Virus record (IMG/VR): IMGVR_UViG_3300033073_001410
Coordinates: 53,521-73,520 of that record
Source of the DNA: an uncultured virus (IMG/VR IMGVR_UViG_3300033073_001410)
Taxonomy: Duplodnaviria; Heunggongvirae; Uroviricota; Caudoviricetes
DNA: 20,000 bases
Reading direction: 5' to 3' (one strand)
The notes beneath the pieces were generated by a model that made no database searches, was not told the origin of the DNA, and worked only from the letters and a program-made list of their open reading frames with translations. Positions 15,956 through 20,000 of this stretch are shown here, piece by piece (the stretch's first letter is position 1; every line of letters begins with the position of its first letter). A program made the translations under genes and the position numbers.

Positions 15956-16234
15956 ATGGATCCAAAAGCTAGTTACTTCAAGGAGATCAGAAAACCAACT
16001 GACAGTATGATGGTTTTCTACGAGAAAATGTTTAAAAGAAACCAATCCAAATTTATCAGAAGATCCAGTCTCGAGGTTTCTCATTTGGGATCTGAATTCG
16101 ATTATGATGATAAAAGGATGAAACTTTTGGGAGCAATAGATTCTACCCTAATGATATCGGAGGATCTAAATGACGGTAAATGTTATATAGTCCACGGCGA
16201 CACCGTTACCAATTTAATATTAAAAAATAATTAA
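15956..16234 (+). CDS. hypothetical protein
   Basis: 92 aa ORF, tightly packed. Confidence 0.7.
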   Translation: MDPKASYFKEIRKPTDSMMVFYEKMFKRNQSKFIRRSSLEVSHLGSEFDYDDKRMKLLGAIDSTLMISEDLNDGKCYIVHGDTVTNLILKNN

Positions 16235-16239
16235 TTGCT

Positions 16240-16461
16240 TTGTTAGATTTCTACGTTAAGACATATAGCCCCGAAGTACACATACAAATATGTGAGCTAA
16301 TATCTTTAACTCTGACCAAGATATTAGAGGACAAAATGGGTGAAGAATCTGACGATTTTTATGGGATTTTTCTTTTGCGTAGTAGCGACGAAGTTTACGA
16401 GCTTTTCTCTGAATTTAGAGAGATAACCTTGGAAATGCCTAAGGGGAAAGTTATCAGATAA
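16240..16461 (+). CDS. hypothetical protein (TTG start)
   Basis: 73 aa ORF filling the gap; start codon uncertain. Confidence 0.55.
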   Translation: MLDFYVKTYSPEVHIQICELISLTLTKILEDKMGEESDDFYGIFLLRSSDEVYELFSEFREITLEMPKGKVIR

Positions 16462-16475
16462 CTCCTTTATCTGAT
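16453..16475 (+). terminator. hairpin, possible weak terminator
   Basis: ATCAGATAA-CTCCT-TTATCTGAT perfect 9-bp inverted repeat at a gene end, with only a weak T tail. Confidence 0.35.
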
Positions 16476-16539
16476 TTCTCGTTGATATATAGTTTGTACT
16501 TATGTCTATTTGTAATTGGGCAATAAAACAAATTGATAT

Positions 16540-16923
16540 ATGGACGAGAATAACATAAACCAAACATTCTTGATGAAGCAAATACTGGATGAGCTAGCTA
16601 AGCTTAAATCCAATATGCCTAACGGTGAACTGAAACACCTCCAGGATAGCATAGAGGATTTAAGGAAGGACCAAAAAGTGCTCAAGGATGACATCTCAGA
16701 TATCAAAAGAAAATTGCTAGACCCCGAAACTGGTGTTATAGTTAGGGTTAATGAAAATACAAAATTTAGATTACAGGAGGAAGACCGATATGAAGATTAT
16801 CTGGAATTCAATGCTGATCTCCGAAGTCTAAAGAAATGGCAGGGAGGAATAAACAAAGCAATGTGGATAATTTTCACTGCCATTGCAGCCATCGCACTCA
16901 AAGTTATTTTTGGAGTGGGGTAG
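16540..16923 (+). CDS. coiled-coil protein with C-terminal transmembrane helix
   Basis: Heptad-like 'LQDSIEDLRKDQKVLKDDISDIK' and C-terminal 'AMWIIFTAIAAIALKVIFG'. Confidence 0.75.
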   Translation: MDENNINQTFLMKQILDELAKLKSNMPNGELKHLQDSIEDLRKDQKVLKDDISDIKRKLLDPETGVIVRVNENTKFRLQEEDRYEDYLEFNADLRSLKKWQGGINKAMWIIFTAIAAIALKVIFGVG

Positions 16924-16946
16924 GCCACCAAAAAAAATATTGGACC

Positions 16947-17243
16947 ATGGAATCGGGAAGTTTCAAAGAATTCATGGATATGCAGGACAACGAAGGTCCA
17001 TTTCTGGGGGATTTAATTTACCCGAAGGTAAAGGAAGCTATCCTAGAAAATTTCGAAGAGGCAAATCTCTTCACTCTAATTCCCACTGACAATGAGGAAT
17101 ATCCAGATGGCATTGTTTTTAGCCTAGATCGAAATCAATTTTCTATATTTCTTGAGCACTACCTAAAAATGTGTGAAGAGAACGAGCTCTACGAGAGATG
17201 TTTAGAAATACTTGATCTTCAGGAACTTATTACAGAATGCTAA
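16947..17243 (+). CDS. hypothetical protein with C-terminal UVR-like motif (ENELYERCLEILDL)
   Basis: In-frame ATG at 16947, after the previous stop. Confidence 0.72.
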   Translation: MESGSFKEFMDMQDNEGPFLGDLIYPKVKEAILENFEEANLFTLIPTDNEEYPDGIVFSLDRNQFSIFLEHYLKMCEENELYERCLEILDLQELITEC

Positions 17244-17247
17244 TGTC

Positions 17248-17430
17248 ATGAATGGGGACGAAAAGAAAATATACGACCGTGCACTCATAAAATATTCTAT
17301 GATTGTAAGATGCGGTGGAAATTCCATAGAGGAAATTAAAGAATGTATCGAGATCTTCGAAGAATTTGAAGATTATGAAAAATGTGCAGATTTACTCGAA
17401 ATTTTAAAAGCCTATGAGTCTAAAAAATGA
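17248..17430 (+). CDS. small protein with UVR-like motif (EFEDYEKCADLLEI)
   Basis: In-frame ATG at 17248. Confidence 0.7.
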   Translation: MNGDEKKIYDRALIKYSMIVRCGGNSIEEIKECIEIFEEFEDYEKCADLLEILKAYESKK

Positions 17431-17451
17431 GTAGAGAAGAAAGTAAAAATA

Positions 17452-17685
17452 GTGAAGACGATAAATAGGCAAGTTTTTGAGAATGCTTTAAAAAGCATGG
17501 AGATATATGGTCTGGATGGAATGAAATCCCCTAGAATATTATCTAAAAGAAATCTCATTAGAGAATCACTAATTAAATATTATGAATCCACTGAGGAATT
17601 TGAAAAATGCAAATTCATAGTAGGATTTTTCGAGGATTTGGAAAAAAATATTTCCGAGACAAAATCCACCAGGAAAAAGCAATAA
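17452..17685 (+). CDS. small protein with UVR-like motif (STEEFEKCKFI)
   Basis: GTG start; motif shared with its neighbours. Confidence 0.65.
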   Translation: MKTINRQVFENALKSMEIYGLDGMKSPRILSKRNLIRESLIKYYESTEEFEKCKFIVGFFEDLEKNISETKSTRKKQ

Positions 17686-17709
17686 TAGGTTCCACGATTT
17701 TGGTGTTTT

Positions 17710-17739
17710 TGAAACCTTTAGTTACATATAAGGTATAAT
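17710..17739 (+). promoter_or_regulatory. promoter TGAAAC-N18-TATAAT
   Basis: TGAAAC 17710-17715 and TATAAT 17734-17739, upstream of ORF 17766. Confidence 0.78.
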
Positions 17740-17765
17740 TAACATCAAAAACAAACAAATAATTA

Positions 17766-19340
17766 ATGAAGTTTTCAGAATTATCTCCGGATCAAATTTA
17801 TGAGATTTCCAGAATATACTGGGATCGAAAAATGGGATGGGATGACAGAATGGAAGCTCTCAGTGAATACCTAGGTAAATCAGAAAGAACCGTCCAGAAA
17901 TGGATATCCAAGTTAGGTATTACCGAGAAATCTATTCAGGAATCTCCACAGCTAATTAGAGCTAAAGAAAAGAAATTTAATAAAAGAAAAAAGAGATTCA
18001 TTGTTACATGGGCTCAGAACGATACTCCAGTTCACGAGAACTTCATCTGTAACATTGAGGCATATGCGAATCATATCAATGCAGATATTCACGTTATAGC
18101 AGGAAGGTACAAGAATCCAACCTCAGTGTTTACAGACAAGAAATATGAGCAATGGTCAGATCGGATTATAAAGTACTTGGATGCTAACCGTCACGAAATC
18201 CACAAGTATATGTGGATAATGTCAGACGTAAAAATCCAACCGACGGCAGTTGATCCTATGACAGGATTACAGGGAATGACCGGTATTAATTCCTGTATTT
18301 TTGGATCCCCCAAAGTTCAGTTGGAAACAATCCCAGTACTGGAGGGGAATTTACCGAAAATAATGATGACCACTGGAGCCTGTACGGTCAAGAACTATAC
18401 AGATTCTAAATCTGGTAAAAAGGGAGAATTCCATCACACATTAGGTTTTGTCGTAGTAGAAATAAAAGACGATGAAACCTTTTTTGCTAGACAGGTGACC
18501 GCAAATGATTCTGGTGATTTTACTGATCTTTATTACAAAGTTGAGTATGATCCTGACGAGGATCAAAGTAAAGTAGATAAGATCAACAGAATATCTGCAG
18601 CTATCTTAGGAGACGTTCACTATGGACAGCATGACGAGGAGGTTTTAAATAAAACCCTAGAGATGTTTAAAAACATCAATCCAGATTATGTTGTTTTACA
18701 TGATGTTTTCGATGGATTATCTATAAACCACCACGAGTCCAACGATCCATTTGTTCAATACAAGAGAGAGATGGAGGGAACAAACTCCCTTAGAAATGAG
18801 ATCGATGCGATGTTAAATGGATTGGAGGTATTCAAGGATTATAAAACTGTAATAGTTAGAAGTAATCACGATGATTTCTTGGATCGATGGTTAAAGAATA
18901 CTGATTGGAGAAAAGCTACCACCATGAAGAACTCTATTGAATATATGGAGTTCAGTACCCTGCTATTAAAAGGAGAAGCACCGAAAGGGATTATACCTTA
19001 TCTCATTAATCAGAAATTTCCAGAATTTGTTACGCTAGGACGCAGTGATAGCTTTGTAGTTAGAGATTGGGAACTTGGACAACATGGAGATATTGGGTCC
19101 AATGGTGCAAGAGGATCTCTGTTACAATTTAGAAAGCTTAATAGAAAATTGGTTGTTGGTCATTATCATTCACCGGGTAGGAAAGATGGAGCTTTGGCAG
19201 TTGGAACATCAACTAAACTTAGAGTTAATTATAACCTAGGACCAAGCGGTTGGCTACATTCTCACGTTATTATACATGATGATGGAAAAGCTCAGCATAT
19301 CAATTTTATAAAAGGTGACTTCACAACACTAAAACCATAA
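17766..19340 (+). CDS. large protein: N-terminal HTH-like segment + C-terminal calcineurin-like metallophosphoesterase/nuclease domain
   Basis: 'LSEYLGKSERTVQKWISKLG' (HTH); 'LGDVHYG', 'LHDVFDG', 'RSNHDDF', 'GQHGD', 'VGHYHSP'. Confidence 0.75.
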   Translation: MKFSELSPDQIYEISRIYWDRKMGWDDRMEALSEYLGKSERTVQKWISKLGITEKSIQESPQLIRAKEKKFNKRKKRFIVTWAQNDTPVHENFICNIEAYANHINADIHVIAGRYKNPTSVFTDKKYEQWSDRIIKYLDANRHEIHKYMWIMSDVKIQPTAVDPMTGLQGMTGINSCIFGSPKVQLETIPVLEGNLPKIMMTTGACTVKNYTDSKSGKKGEFHHTLGFVVVEIKDDETFFARQVTANDSGDFTDLYYKVEYDPDEDQSKVDKINRISAAILGDVHYGQHDEEVLNKTLEMFKNINPDYVVLHDVFDGLSINHHESNDPFVQYKREMEGTNSLRNEIDAMLNGLEVFKDYKTVIVRSNHDDFLDRWLKNTDWRKATTMKNSIEYMEFSTLLLKGEAPKGIIPYLINQKFPEFVTLGRSDSFVVRDWELGQHGDIGSNGARGSLLQFRKLNRKLVVGHYHSPGRKDGALAVGTSTKLRVNYNLGPSGWLHSHVIIHDDGKAQHINFIKGDFTTLKP

Positions 19341-19346
19341 TCCAAT

Positions 19347-19925
19347 ATGGATCAAAAAATATACAATTTCATTGCAGGTGTAGATGAGGTAGGACGTGGG
19401 TGTCTCTCGGGTCCAGTCGTAGCTGCAGTAGTAATTCTTCCCGAAGGATTCTATGATTCTAGAATAAAAGACAGTAAGTTAATCAAGAGTCAAAAGAAAA
19501 GGGAAGAGGCTGAAGCACTTATCAAACAGAACGCAATTTCTTGGGGTATAGGAGCAAGTTCCCCACAGGAGATAGATCAGATGAATATTCTGCAAGCAAC
19601 TTTTTTAGCTATGAGAAGAGCTATTGATGCTTGTTCAAAAAGACCGGATTTTCTTTATGTTGATGGTGATAAATTCCCTGGCCATAATGGAATACCGTAC
19701 GAGTGTGTAATAAAAGGAGACTCCAAAATACACTCTATATCTGCAGCATCTATTTTAGCCAAAGTTCATAGAGACAAGCTAATGAGACAGATTGGACTAG
19801 AACACCCATCTTATAAATGGGAGACCAATGTTGGTTATGGAACAGCAGATCACATTAACGAGATAAAAAAATCAGGGCTAACCAAGCACCACAGAAAAAC
19901 TTTTTGTTTAAACTTTATAAAATAA
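19347..19925 (+). CDS. rnhB: ribonuclease HII
   Basis: 'AGVDEVGRGCLSGPVVAA', 'DSK', 'NILQAT', 'VDG', 'KGD...SISAASILAKVHRD', 'GYGT..H', 'HRKTF'. Confidence 0.96.
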   Translation: MDQKIYNFIAGVDEVGRGCLSGPVVAAVVILPEGFYDSRIKDSKLIKSQKKREEAEALIKQNAISWGIGASSPQEIDQMNILQATFLAMRRAIDACSKRPDFLYVDGDKFPGHNGIPYECVIKGDSKIHSISAASILAKVHRDKLMRQIGLEHPSYKWETNVGYGTADHINEIKKSGLTKHHRKTFCLNFIK

Positions 19926-19929
19926 TAAA

Positions 19930-20000
19930 ATGGAATCACAAGAATTTGAAAAAGAAAATGTCATGTCTGAAAGCGAAGAATTGAAAATATTAGGTATAGA
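19930..20000 (+). CDS. start of a further ORF, truncated by the window end
   Basis: ATG at 19930 (MESQEFEKENVMSESEELKILGI...) stays open to the edge. Confidence 0.55.
   Translation, partial: MESQEFEKENVMSESEELKILGI

Noticed and set aside
17427..17468. ATG overlapping the previous stop gives a 13-aa ORF (MSREESKNSEDDK) ending in TAG; possible frameshift or stop recoding into the 17452 gene
   Set aside because: TAG read-through meets TGA three codons later, no clear slippery site is present, and a GTG start at 17452 explains the downstream gene.

Overview
AT-rich, gene-dense window with every credible gene on the + strand, almost certainly part of a large (jumbo/huge) dsDNA bacteriophage genome. 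A-rich, SD-less translation starts suggest a Bacteroidota-like host (inference). It holds a replication/repair block (UvsE, DnaJ, type II topoisomerase A subunit, probable sliding clamp, C-terminal half of a split family B DNA polymerase, RNase HII), a RimK ATP-grasp/aspartic-peptidase fusion, a TROVE/Ro60-like vWA protein (DUF2828-like), a lytic transglycosylase, a phage tmRNA with an unusually long 31-codon tag, methylglyoxal synthase, two metallophosphoesterases and a thymidylate-synthase-fold enzyme with a dCMP-type Asp. The most striking unannotated signal is a self-contained ~190-nt non-coding unit (own promoter, two tandem stem-closed RNA modules sharing CAGCAAAWACAACT, own terminator) directly downstream of the Ro60-like gene, a candidate novel Ro/Y-RNA-like ribonucleoprotein system. 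A recurring TGAAAC-N18-TATAAW promoter and a family of small UVR-like (E-x-Y/F-E-x-C) proteins are also visible.
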